Source: Cyanophora paradoxa CCMP329 (Eukaryota; Plantae; Glaucophyta). Taken from it: 64,000 bases of DNA. Below the pieces are notes generated by a model, which was given only the letters and a program-made list of their open reading frames with translations, was not told the origin of the DNA and searched no databases. The stretch is from the NCBI GenBank assembly GCA_004431415.1, contig QPMI01000027.1, positions 1-64,000 on the forward strand, written 5' to 3'. Shown here in pieces: positions 38,338-50,471 of this stretch (the first letter of the stretch is position 1; each line of letters begins with the position of its first letter). The translations under genes were made by a program, and so were the position numbers.

Positions 38338-41300
38338 ATGGGCCGGCATCATGACCTTGACGCTGAGCTGACAGCGATCGGCCCCGAGCCGAAGCATCTG
38401 CCGGGGGCGGTGCCAGATGAGTCGGACGACTCTTCGTCGCGGCCGCTGCACCCCGGAGCGCACGTCGTCGATGTCGGGGTCGCGCTGCCGCCGCCGCACG
38501 CCGATGCGCACCAGGTCGAGCACGAGATCGCCCAGCACCACGACCACCTCAGCATGGTGCGCGCTCCGCCCCGCCCCCACGCGCGGCTGTTCAACTGCTG
38601 GCGCCGGCTGCCGGGGAGAGCGCACGTGCACGTTGCTCCGGATGCTCACGCCCCGCATATCCACGGGGCAGTGTCCTCGGCTCATGTTTAACATCTAAAC
38701 GCGAGCTGCGATCAGATCAAAATTCTCCCCGAATTTGATCCCGCTCGCCCCAGGTCCCTGTGTTCCAGGAGGGGAAAGTCACCGTCGGCGAGGCGCGCGA
38801 GCAGCGGCGGATGTCCTTTGGTGCGTGCACGTGCACCCCCGCAGCACCCCCCGCCTGCAACTGTGACTGATCCCGTATGCATCTTGCCCGCCGGCACAGA
38901 TCAGCCGAAGAAGATCGAGATTGCCGAGAAGAAAGTGCCGACGCAGTTCAAGCACGAGGTGCACCGGCCCTGTTCTCGAGCGCTGCAGCTTTAGGTCTCG
39001 CTCACATGCAAGCCGATCGCGATCGCGACCGGGATCGCAGGTCGACATGGTCCGTAACTTTTTACCCCTTTGCAATTGCCCGCCCGCCAGCTCCGCTTGG
39101 CCTGATGGGGATATGGATGGGGCGGGCAGGACGAGCACCAGGTGGCGGTGGACGAGCTGGCGGCGCGCCTCAAGTCCTCCGTCGCCGCCGGCCTCACCTC
39201 CGCGGTGCACGGCCCTCGCCCCTCCCGCGCGCCCCCCGCCGCTGAGCCGCTGCCGGCGTGCCGGTCGCCAGGCCGCGCAGCAGAAGCTGGCGGAGGTCGG
39301 CCCCAACTCCCTCACGCCCCCGAAGACCACCCCCGAGTGGGTCAAAATCATGAAAGCCTACTTCGAGGGCTTCTTCATCATGCTGTGAGCCGCCGCCCGC
39401 TTTAATTTGATTCTGTTGTTCGAGATCACGTGTTCTCATCTGCATGAATAATATTAATGTTTTCTTGCAGTTGGATCGCCGTCGTCCTGTGTTTCCTTGC
39501 ATACGGCCTCGACCGCCGCGACAACGGCGACGCGGTGAGCTCGAGCCGGCTTGGCTTTTATCATGCTTAATCGTACTCGATTCCGTGCACTGCGCCTCAT
39601 GTTGACGCTGCTCGCTCCCAGGCGGATCTGAGCAATCTCTACCTGGCGGGCGCGCTTCTCATCACCATCATTTCGACGGGCACCTACGGCTACCTCCAGG
39701 TGCGCGATCCACCGGCACAGCCTGGCAGCTAGAGGCAGCTAGAGCTTGAATTCATTCAATTATAATAATTTTGTCTCTTCTGTCGGCTCTGAGTATATTT
39801 TGAACAGGACCGGAGCTCCAACAAGCTTATGGAGGGCTTCCAAAATGTGTTCGAATTCGCTTTTTCAAGTGAACCGGTACCAGTCGATTTCCATGACTGA
39901 CCGCCGGGGTGCCGCGGGGGCCAGCTGCTGCCCTCGCTGGCGACGGTGACCCGCGACGGGAAGAAGTGCGAGATCAACGCCCGCGACCTCGTGCCCGGCG
40001 ACATCGTCCACGTGGTCCGCTGCCCCAAATCAAGGCTCCGTCTGTGTCCTGCAGGCGTGGCTGATCGTGATTGCGGCACGCGTCGTGCTTGCCTTAGGTC
40101 GGCGGAAACAAGATCCCGGCCGACATTCGGGTCGTCGAGTGCAGCCATTTCAAGGCGAGCTGGACACTTCTTGGATTGAACTCTGCCACAATCTCGATCT
40201 TGATTCACTTGACTTCTGCCGTTCAGGTCGACAACAGCAGCCTGACCGGAGAAGCGGAGCCTCAGTCGCGTTCTCCAGAGTGCAGTGCGCCCTGCTCTTG
40301 CAAGGATTTCGATATCGACATAGATTGATCCGACGTCACCCGTGCAGCGGACAACAATCCCTTCGAGACCAAGAATCTCGCTGTGCGCTTGGATCCTCGT
40401 CTAGATCCACTGACCGCCTTGAATTCGTCTCCGGTCCGCCCCGCATCCGACGCTCGCGATCGGCGCAGTTCTTCGGGACGCTCGCCGTCGAGGGGTCGGC
40501 CACCGGCATCGTGGTCCGCCCTAGGCCTCGTCTTCGAGTCGCGGGATTCTGTCCCCTCGATCCTCGTCTGAGCCGTCGCGTCTCCGCGTCAGATTATGAC
40601 TGGAGACAGCTCCATGATCGGGCGCATCGCGTCTCTCGCCTCTAGTGCGGCTAGCGACGCAGCGTCAGTCATTTGTATGTCTTTTCTGACAGCGGTCCAG
40701 ATGTGGGGGACCAGCCGTCGACGCTGGACAAGGAAGTCCACCACTTCATTCGGATCATCATGATCTGCGCCGTGATCGTCGGTGCGGCGCGGCACGGCAC
40801 CCTGAGCACTGCCCTTTCCGGGATCAGCCATTTCTTACAGCGTCCACCGCAGGCGCTGTCTTTTGCGGTATCGGATTCACGGTCTGGAACCCCATCTACA
40901 CGCTGGTCTTCGGGATCGGAATTGGTGCGCTCGCGCTCGTTTTTCGCGTCGGCGAGCACTTCTGCAAGAGCTCTAACTTGGATGGCATCGATTCTAGTCG
41001 TCGCCATGGTCCCTGAGGTGCGCTCTGGTCCTGGCTTCCCTCGGCGGGCATCCTTTTGCGAGTTCTTTGTTGGATATTGATGTTGCGCGTTTTAGGGGAT
41101 GGTCGCGACGGTGCTTGTCTCCCTCTCCGTGGCGGCGAAGCGAATGGCGCAGAAGAACGTCCTCATCAAGAAGCTCCAGTTCGTTGAGTGCGCTAACTTG
41201 TGATTTCGGGAACATAGAAGCGATAGCTAGACCTGATCATGAATATTAGATTGTGTGTTAATGAGCGATGGGCGCACGACGCTCGGGAGCTGCAACGTCA

Positions 41301-44300
41301 TCTGCTCTGACAAGACCGGCACCCTCACTCAGGTGCGACTGGTTGCCGAACCCGACCGACGCGATCGAATGCTGAGATGCGCATGCAACAGAATCGCATG
41401 ACGGTCGTCTCTTTCTACTACGACCGGCGGCACATCTCTGCGCGCAAGGGAAGCCCCGGCGAGCCATTCAAACCCACGGCAAGTCCCTGATCACGAACAC
41501 ATCTGTCTAGATCGGGGCTTCGACATCTAAAACAGAAAAATTGAAAAACATCTTCTGCATGCACAGGACCCGTCGTTCCAGATGGCGTACAAGTGCATGG
41601 CCCTGAACAGCAAGGGTCAGCTCGCGATCGCGATCCCTTGTCGTTGAACTCGTTCGTGCACGTGAGAGTGACATCGGCGGCCGCGCAGCGACCTTCGTCC
41701 CCGACGACATGAACCTCCCCATCGAGGACCGCCGGTTCGTGCACGTGCACGCCGCCGCACATGCCTGTGCGCGCGCTCGTAGCGCTCCGTTGATCTCATC
41801 CCGGCGTTCGCGGCGGCAGGACGCTGGGCGACGCGACGGAGACGGGCCTCATCCGCTTCTGCGAGGCGGTCGAGCCGCTCGACGCCTTCCGGTGCGGCGC
41901 CGGCCCCGCCCCGGTTGAAGCGGCACGGCTCTGACGGGGCGAGGCCGGCAGCGCGCGCTTCTCGAAGGTGTGCGAGGTCCCGTTCAACTCCAAGTACAAG
42001 TACGCGATGAGCATCACCACCGAGAGTGCGCACCGCAATCGTTGGACCCACGAGCTGGCGATTGCCGCACGTGCACGCGCATGCGGACCGTGACTCGTCG
42101 CAGGGACGGACGCGGCGGTCCAGCGTCGGGGCCGGTTCACGCTCTGGATGAAGGGGGCCCCCGAGAAGATCATCGAGCGCTGCGCGACCATCATGCAGGC
42201 GCGCCGCCGCCATCGCCGCGGGGCGGTTTGGCTTCGGCTGGTGGCTCACCATAGCCGCCACAGAACGGCGTGGCGGTCCCGCTGTCGGAGGAGGTCCGCA
42301 AGCAGCTGAACGAGGCCTACGAGGTGCGGCACGCACGCGTCTCGATCCATCGCGATCGTGATCATGAATTGCCCAAACAAAGACACTCATGATCATCTCA
42401 GGAGATCGGCGGACGCGGCGAGCGTGTCATCGGCCTCGCGTACCTGGAGTGAGCTCGAGCTCGCCCCTCCTTGCATCGCCATGGCGGCCGTGCATCTAGA
42501 TCTGACGCAATCGCCCCCGCAGCCTCGACGAGATGGCATACCCGCGGACTACAAGTTCGATACGTGCGCCGCCCCGCCAATGGCGTCAACGCCGCCTCTT
42601 GCCACGTGCACCCATCTGAGGGCCGCGCGCACTGTACAGGGAGCTGCACAATTTTCCCAGCGTGCGGTCCCCTTGCCGTCTGGCGCGGGTATATATACGT
42701 CCCGTCAAGTGCACATTGTGTGATGCTTTCTATTTCACTGGCAGGACGGCCTGACCTTCCTGGGGCTGGCATCGCTCATCGACCCGCCGCGCGACACCGT
42801 CCCGCACGCCATCGAGCGCTGCCACACCGCCGGCATCCGCGTCATCATGGTCACGGGCGGTGCGCCGCCGTCCCGCTGCAAACGCAATCAGACTTCGCAG
42901 CTCGTACGCGCCGATCGATATCGCTGATCTCGTCCCACAGACCACCCGATCACGGCGCGGGCGATCGCGAGGCAGGTGGGCATCATCCGCAGCGAGACCG
43001 TCGAGGACATCGCCAAGCGCCGCGGCATCCCCAAGGAGCAGGTCACGGAGCCCGTGCACGTGCGCCCCGCCCGCTGGCCCAGGCCATGCCAGTCGATCGC
43101 CGCTACGCATGTGCTTGCGCCCACACCGCGGCCGGCGCATGCGCAGGCCGTGGTGGTTCCGGGGTGGGAGATCGGCGCCCTCTCTGACAAGGACTGGGAC
43201 CGCGTCCTCTCCTGCGACCAGATCGTCTTCGCGCGGTGCGGCAGCGCTGCGCATGCTTTAGACCGGCGGCGAGATTTCCGCCGTCTGCCCGTGCTCACTG
43301 CAGCGCCCTTGTAATCGCAGAACGACCCCGCAGCACAAGCTCATTATCGTCGACGAGCTGCAGAAACGGGGCAACGTGGTGGCCATGGTGCCCCCTCGAT
43401 ACCGCCGGCGCCCCCGCGCGCGCCGAATCCGGAGCGACGTCGCTCACGCGCGGCGCAGACGGGGGACGGCGTGAACGACAGCCCGTCGCTCAAGAAGGCC
43501 GACATCGGCGTGGCGATGGGCATCACCGGCTCGGATGTCTCCAAGGAGGCCGCCAAGGTGACGGGCCCGGGACCGCTCCGAATCATTTTGCGAAGCTGCC
43601 ATCTGATCATGACGCCGACGCGCGCGGCGGCGGCGGCAGATGATTCTGCTGGACGACAACTTTGCGTCGATCGTGAACGGCGTCGAGGAGGGCCGCCTCG
43701 TCTTTGACAACCTCAAGAAGTCCATCGCCTACTACTTCAGGTGCGCTGCAGCCACTGCTCATGATCAGTCTCACGCGTTTTCATGTGGCGTTGCCGGGGC
43801 ACTAAAGCGGCGTTCGTGCAGCCACATCCCGGCGGAGGTGGTCATGCTGCTCCTCTTCTTCTCCATCCGCATTCCCGTCCCCATCACCACCATCCTCATT
43901 TTCATGGCCCGCCCGCCCGCGGCCGCTCGCGGCCGACCCTGAAGTTTCAACGCGACAGTTTCAAGTGATTTACGCTTCATCCGCAGATCGATCTCATTTC
44001 CGACGTCTTCCCCGCCCTCGCCCTTGCGTACGAGGTGCGCGCAGTGCTGCCACGCTGCTCTGCTTTGCGCCGAGCCCCCGCCAACGTGTGCCGACGCATG
44101 CCCGCAGGCCCCAGAGGCGGACATCATGACGCGGCCGCCGCGCAACGCGAAGAAGGACCGGCTCGTCGGCAAGTCCCTCTTCTTCTACTCTTACGTCTTC
44201 GTGCGCCCCCCGGGCCCTGCCGCCACCAGCCCGGCCCTTGCGCGCGCACTGCTGTTTAATTCGCTGACGGCGGCTGCGGCCGGCGTCAGTGCGGCGGCCT

Positions 44301-45680
44301 CATCCTTGTGGGGACCATCGTCTCGTACTTCACCGTCGGTCAGGTGAGGATTAAATTTAAAGGTTGTTAATGCAGTCGATCGTGCACGAACATGCACATA
44401 CGTATACACATATATGTATAGAATCATATGCATTTAAAAAATTAGCCACGACTGCTGTCGTCTGGTTATAGAAAAATTGCAAGAGCCAGCTGCGCATGCC
44501 GCGCGTGGCGCACGCGCGCCCGGGCGGGTGTGTGCTATGCTTATGCACGTGCACATACGTATGCTTATACATACACATGCTTATAAAAAATTACCCACGA
44601 CGGCTGTCATGCTCTTATCGCGTACACCGTTCCCGGTATCGATATCGCCGCTAACCATTGATCCTCACACATACATTGCCGCTGAACGCATGCAAGTCCG
44701 AACTGACGGGCGTGAACTTGCGCAGCTCGAGGGGCTCACCCTCAAGCAGCTCCCCGGGTGCGTTGCAGCCGTTGGAGCAACCATGGCCTGCAGCTGCCGT
44801 CAATTCACGCCGTCGCTCACCTGATTGAGCGCCCGTGCAGGATGGCCGCGAACTGGGAGAAGAAGGACGCGGATCTGACGGTGGCGGAGCGCGCCGTCTT
44901 CGTCGACAAGGCGAGCGCGGGCCGGGCGACCTGCCTGAGCCGCTCACCCGCCGCCGGCTGAGCGTGTGCTCGCGCCGCGCAGGACGGCCTCTTCATCGAC
45001 AAGGCGCGGCGCGAGCATATCGGCTCCATGTGCTGCGCCGCCGTCTTCATGGTCCCTGCTTCCATGCATTAATATTGCTATCAGTGGCTTTCGCTGACGC
45101 CGCGGGCAGTCGATCATGATCGGGCAGTACGGCGTCCTCATCACCTCCAAGACCCTCAAGCGCTCCGTCTTCTCCATTAGCCACTGGTGCGCGGGAGACG
45201 TGCGGGGCGTCGCGGCGCGCGCGCGTGCGTTGCCTTGTCGCGCGCTGAAGAGCACGTGCACGATGCCGGCGGGCAGGTACAACAAGGCGATTCTGATCTC
45301 GGTCGCTTTCGAGACGGTCGTCTGGATCCTTATGCTTTACGCCCCGGGCGTCCAGGTGACTGCAGCCTACCGCGCCTTCTCGGTGGGCGATCGCGATGTC
45401 AACCTCTCTCCTTGTTTCCGCATGCGCAGGACGTCTTCAGAATGCCGAAGAACCCGGCCTTCCACTTCCAGTGAGCCCGCTTAAAAATTTCATGCTTTAA
45501 ATTTCTGTACACGTCTCTCTCTGTCCGCCACATGTACACTCATTTACTCTACCTCCTCCTCGTAGGTACCTCCTCCTCTCCGTGCCCTCGACACTCCTCA
45601 TCATAGCGCTCGACGAGGCCCGCAAATGGCACATCCGCACGTACCCCGGCGGCTTCTTCGACCGCTGGACCAGCTTCTGA
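38338..45680 (+). CDS. P-type ATPase, P2C (Na,K/H,K-ATPase alpha-like), copy 1
   Basis: [33 protein letters not shown]|[25 protein letters not shown]|[40 protein letters not shown] and [16 protein letters not shown]. Ends [13 protein letters not shown]. Confidence 0.95.
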
Positions 45681-46334
45681 AAAGCTGTCTGTTTTTGGCT
45701 GGATCTACATAATTATATTACTCCAGCGGTAGCGGCGGACGTGTAGACACCATGACCATGATTACTCGGGCCCATGCAATTAGTGGCCTTGATTATATCG
45801 ATATCATTGATGTTTCACTACAGCTATTCTTTCGATTTATCGCTATCGATTGCGTTATTTCATCCCGCTCCATGTGCATGTCACGTTGGTCTCGGAAATT
45901 CTTTTTCTCTTTTGTAGCAGGTGTGCGGTACCTTAAGCTAGTTTGCTTTTGATCGTAACACATGATATCGATGTTCGCTAGCGGCTTATTGTAACTATTA
46001 CTTGTAGCACATCTGCGGTCTAGATCTACGCCGTATACGCCGGGCGACAATGAGTAGGCTATTGTCGAAGAGATCGACTTTCTCTATCAACTTCTTTTTT
46101 TTACTACGGAGTTAGGCTTAGGGCTTCTCTTTCATTTTTGAAAATTCGCTGTTTTGAACAGAGTCGATGTCTAGATCTACCCCCTCGCGCAATATGCAAA
46201 CATGGGGGCAAATTAAATGAATGTTACCTGTACCCATATCGATGCCATATCCCATGATATCCGATATCCGATGAAATGCTGACTTTATGCATTTGCTACT
46301 AGTATCTCGCACCGGGCCACACGTGCACGCCGTG

Positions 46335-46632
46335 AGTTAATTTTTTTTTGAGAGACTACGGTGGGGCGAACCCCCCCGTAGGTAGTGATATTAAGGACAA
46401 CAAAGCAATCACAAATCAAAGATACAGTAAACTAGCACAAAATACAGAATCAAGAGGGATCACAAGAAGGGACACGTGTACGATCAGAAGAACGCAAAAG
46501 ATAAGGAGAACGAGCACGAGGCGAAGGAGTAGAAGAGCTCAAGGACGTCGACGCAGACTCTGAGAAGTAGTACTGAAGTACTAGTCAGTGTAGTAGTCAC
46601 ACAGACTCACACTAGCCCTAGTAGAACGACGA
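46335..46632 (-). mobile_element. Probable 5'-truncated non-LTR retroelement (3' UTR with poly-A)
   Basis: Flanked by the 9-bp direct repeat CACGCCGTG (46326-46334 and 46633-46641). T9 at 46341-46349 is A9 on the minus strand. A stem-loop at 46356-46381 lies just before it, and the strand purine/pyrimidine asymmetry is strong. Confidence 0.55.
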
Positions 46633-46751
46633 CACGCCGTGTTCTGCATATTCAATTTATATATAGTGCTAAATTGGCCTGCATGCGCAACCTCCTGGTG
46701 CCTGGCGGCCCATGGCCAGTGCTGGCCCAGCTGCCCCAGCAGTGGGCCAGC

Positions 46752-48793
46752 TAGGGTTGCCGTGGTGAAGTTTCACATCGCGTAAACTTCACTACTTCAG
46801 TGAAGTTTCAGTTTCAGTTTCACCAGGCCTGCTGAAACTTCACGTGAACTTCAGGCTCCCATACAAAACTTCTTGCTGGAGCCCCTCGCGCTGAAGGCGG
46901 AAGCGGCAGCGGTTCAAGGTCTTAAACAGTACCTCCAGCCTGTAAACTCATTTTATGCTTATCTGACAGCAGAAAAGGGTCACTCTCGCACTTGGTTGGC
47001 CCACATGTGGGTGTACCCCCAAATGGCAGCAGTACTTCTTGTCGTCCTAATACCCTGCGTTTTTCGAGGGTGGTGGTACCCCCCCTGGGAGCGACCGGGG
47101 GGCGGGTGGGGGCGAGGCGTGCGGGGGTACGGGTGCGGGGAGGCACGGGGACGGGGGGTGATTGTGACGGGGACGCGCGGTATGCGTATATGTATACACC
47201 CTGTGAATGGACATATACCCGAATATATGCCTATTGAGTTGCGATTATTCGGCTATTGAGCGGGGTAGGGGTGCCCTGGACGGGGCGTGAAAAACGGATC
47301 AATGGGGTTGCGCGGCGTGGTGGGGGTACGGCGACGCGGGGAATCGGCCCGGGTGGCCCTGGCTGGGGTGATTCTGGCGGCAGTGCGGGGCTGGGGGGCC
47401 CGGGACGGGCGCACTCTGGCGGCGATGGCGGACGCGGCGAAGACGATCACGAAGACGACGGCGCGGCCGAAGCGGGCGGCGGCGGCCGCGGGCAAGAGCA
47501 AGGGCATTGAGGCGGCGAGGGCTTCGGCGAGGGCGGCGAACCGGCGGAAGTACGTGGAGCGGAAGATCGCGCTGAAGGAGCGGTCGCTGCGGCTGTCGCC
47601 GAAGGAGCTGCGGGCGGCGGCGCTGGTGCGGCAGGAGCAGGCGGAGGCGGGGCTGTCTGCGCAGCTGGGCATCTTCCACACGGGGCCGGTGATGCCGGTG
47701 CTGGACATGGGCGGGCCGGGCAACCTGTACTGGGAGGCGGTGACGCTGGACATCTTCCGCGACCTGGTGCACGGGGCGCTGCGGCGGACGCCGGGCTACG
47801 TGCGGCACGAGGTGTGCGCGGAGGACGCGGCGGAGCTCGGCGCGGAGGTGCCGGAGGGCGCGGACTCGGTGCCCTGGTGCTTCGGCGTGGTGTCGCTGGA
47901 GATGGCGCGCGGCGAGAGCGTGCTGAACGTGCCGGCGATCATGCTCAACGGCACGTACGCGAGCGGGCGCTTCTTATCCTTTCATCTGGTATCAATGGCG
48001 AATCAGGCACTGTGGCTGGGCTCAGGCCTGCTCGTGGGGCTCGGGCTCGCGGGCTTCGGTGCATTTTCGCTGTTCTGGCGAGTCCACAGCGCCTACGGCT
48101 GGCAGGCGTCGGCGCCGGTGCTCGTGCTCATCCTGGCACTGCTGGTCCTGTACCGCCAGCTAATCGCCGTTGCACTAATGGGCGCAGTGGTCGCCATGGG
48201 AGTGAGTCAGCCGAGTCATTATAATTAGTGATTCATGTACATATACCATGCCTCTCGGCACCCTATTGGTGCTTTTTGGCGGTCTGTATCTGCTAAGGCC
48301 ATGGCTTGAATTGACGGTACAATACTACTACAGTACTTACTTCCGAGCGACGACGTCACCATGACGTCATTCCGGACTCGCCGGTTCGCCGCCGGTCCGA
48401 CCACCGCCCGCGTCACGGGTGCCACGGGAGTCACGGGAGTCACGCGTGGCGGTGGCGGGTCGGCGTACCCGTGGCGGGCCACGCCTGGCTCGACCCCCCC
48501 GCACGCCGGTCCCGGGGGGGTACCGCCGACCCATGAAATCCCCAGGGTTCCGAGTTGACAATCTCCCTCCAAATCTCGCATATCTTAGCAGAGCTCACAT
48601 TTACAAAACATCTACAACAGTCCAGGAGGCTTCTACGCACGCTTTTGAGTCGTTTAATTTGGAGGGCAAATCTCGCAAGCGTGTGTAGTGAAACATGCAA
48701 AAATAGTGGAACTTCACGTGAAACGTGTGAAGTTTCACGGTAGTTTCAGTTTCACCCCGGGCTTGTGAAACTTCACGTGAAGCGGCAACCCTA
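46752..48793. mobile_element. Non-autonomous hAT-type DNA transposon (2,042 bp) carrying cargo
   Basis: Termini TAGGGTTGCCG...CGGCAACCCTA. Exact 8-bp TSD GGGCCAGC (46744-46751 and 48794-48801). Clustered subterminal GTGAAGTTTCA/TGAAACTTCAC repeats at both ends. Confidence 0.92.
47302..48228 (+). CDS. Intronless cargo ORF inside the hAT element: basic N-terminus, globular middle, hydrophobic C-terminus
   Basis: Open frame from ATG 47302 (alternative start 47425, MADAAK) to TAG 48228, with strong G-ending codon bias up to about 47970. No transposase motifs recognised. Confidence 0.55.
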   Translation: MGLRGVVGVRRRGESARVALAGVILAAVRGWGARDGRTLAAMADAAKTITKTTARPKRAAAAAGKSKGIEAARASARAANRRKYVERKIALKERSLRLSPKELRAAALVRQEQAEAGLSAQLGIFHTGPVMPVLDMGGPGNLYWEAVTLDIFRDLVHGALRRTPGYVRHEVCAEDAAELGAEVPEGADSVPWCFGVVSLEMARGESVLNVPAIMLNGTYASGRFLSFHLVSMANQALWLGSGLLVGLGLAGFGAFSLFWRVHSAYGWQASAPVLVLILALLVLYRQLIAVALMGAVVAMGVSQPSHYN

Positions 48794-49135
48794 GGGCCAG
48801 CACTGCGGCAGTGGGCCGTGGCGGGCAGTGGCGGCCCTGCCACTGGGTTGCCAGTGGCCCGGGCCCAGTGCCGCAGTGCTGGCCCACTGCTGGGGCAGCT
48901 GGGCCAGTGGCCAGTGGCCACTGGCCACAGTGGCCAGTGGCCACTGCCGGGCCGCATGATGGATATGCATCCGATGATCCGGCCGCCCGGCGGCCGCGCC
49001 GGGCATGGGCCCATGGCCTAGGACGGTGGCATGGCCCATGGGCCGGCGCCATGGCACATCGAGCCTGGCCAGGCTGGCCATGGCCTGGCCGGGCTGGCCC
49101 AGTGGGCCCATGGCCCATGGGCCATGGGCCATGGC

Positions 49136-49516
49136 TAGGGTTGGGCTTACTCCGGTAATACCCCGTCCGGGCCGAGTAAGGGTAAAGTACTGAAAGTATT
49201 ACCCCGAGTATTACCGAGTAAACACCGCTCCTCCCCCCCCGGTCCACTGAGCTCGAGCTGAGGCGGAGGCATGTCCTGCGACGTGAGCCAGCGCAACCCG
49301 GCTGGAAAGCTTCTGAATCGATAGCTGATCAACGCTATATGCGCCAAACTGCGCTCCCCGCGCTGCTAGAGCCTGCCCCTCCCCCCTGACGTGTCTGCAG
49401 CGGTGTACCCCCTCTTATTTACTCGAGTATTACTCGGTCGGGGTCCGAGTAAGGTACGAGTATTACCGAGTAAAGGTAATACCTCGGTTTACCGGTAAAA
49501 GTAAAGCGCAACCCTA
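49136..49516. mobile_element. hAT-type MITE (381 bp)
   Basis: Termini TAGGGTTGGGCTT...AAGCGCAACCCTA. Exact 8-bp TSD GCCATGGC (49128-49135 and 49517-49524). Subterminal CCGAGTA/TACTCGG repeats. Confidence 0.9.
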
Positions 49517-50201
49517 GCCATGGCCCATGAGCCATGGGCCATGGCCAAGTTCCAGGCCAACTTGCAAATCATCAGAGTCCGGGAATCGATCCGATGATCC
49601 ATGATCGGAAAATTGCGATCTTGAATCATTGTTGCTTCATGGTTGATTCGGAAAATTGCGACGGAAATTCGGGCTGAATTTCCGACTCCGAAAGTTCGGA
49701 CCGAAACTTCCCGTTGACGTCCCAATGATTGCTATTTCAGATCAATTTCACATCACATCATGCGCCGATGATGCGCACATCATGCGCCGATGAACGACTT
49801 GCATTTTAATTATCACCGTAATATTCTGATGAAATTCATGATTACGAACCGGTACGTAAATATACGACGTCGACTCCGGATCCGTGTGAGACTGTACGTA
49901 TACCGTAAAAGGTCCGTAATACAGAATATTATTAAAAAGGAATGGGAATTCTATTAAGGTCTGCACTTTATTATGTCATCCCAAATTATGTCGCCTCGGA
50001 CGTGATATAACGACACAATTTGGGGCCGTCATACTATGATAAAACGGCCCGGCGGATATAGTAAGTCGCCCCATAGTAGGGGGCCTACTAGGGGCCAAAC
50101 ATTTTACCACGCGCCGAGTCGTCGCCGACTCTCAGAGTCTACGTACGCAAATTAAAGTACCAGCCTCGGAGCAATTGCAAGCTTACTAGTAAGCGCCGCT
50201 A

Positions 50202-50471
50202 CCGTGTAACACTAAATTAACAGCCCGTTAATTAACAGGTTATAAAATCTGGCCCTCCCGGAGTCCCATAGTCGAAATAACAGAGCCCCAAATTAACAGA
50301 TCATCAAAATTTAGGATTGTATGGGGCGATAATGTCGGGGGGTAGATTGTATGGGACGGCTGAGCAGCAGCGAATTAGCAGAGCCCCAAATTAACAGATT
50401 ATGTCAAGATTTCGGTCTGTTAATTTGGGGCTCTGTTATTTAAGTCAGCCCATTAATTATATGTTACACGG
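50202..50471. mobile_element. Tc1/mariner-type MITE (270 bp)
   Basis: TA|CCGTGTAACA...TGTTACACGG|TA. Internal CAGAGCCCCAAATTAACAGA occurs twice, with a near-exact inverted copy near 50416-50437. Confidence 0.8.

Larger units (their letters stand above)
46722..48907. repeat. Foldback palindrome (46-bp arms, 45/46 match) interrupted by the hAT element
   Basis: Joining 46722-46751 to 48802-48817 gives the reverse complement of 48862-48907 with one mismatch. Confidence 0.85.

Noticed and set aside
46752-49516. TAGGGTT as telomeric repeat
   Set aside because: These are single inverted copies with 8-bp TSDs, so they are transposon termini.
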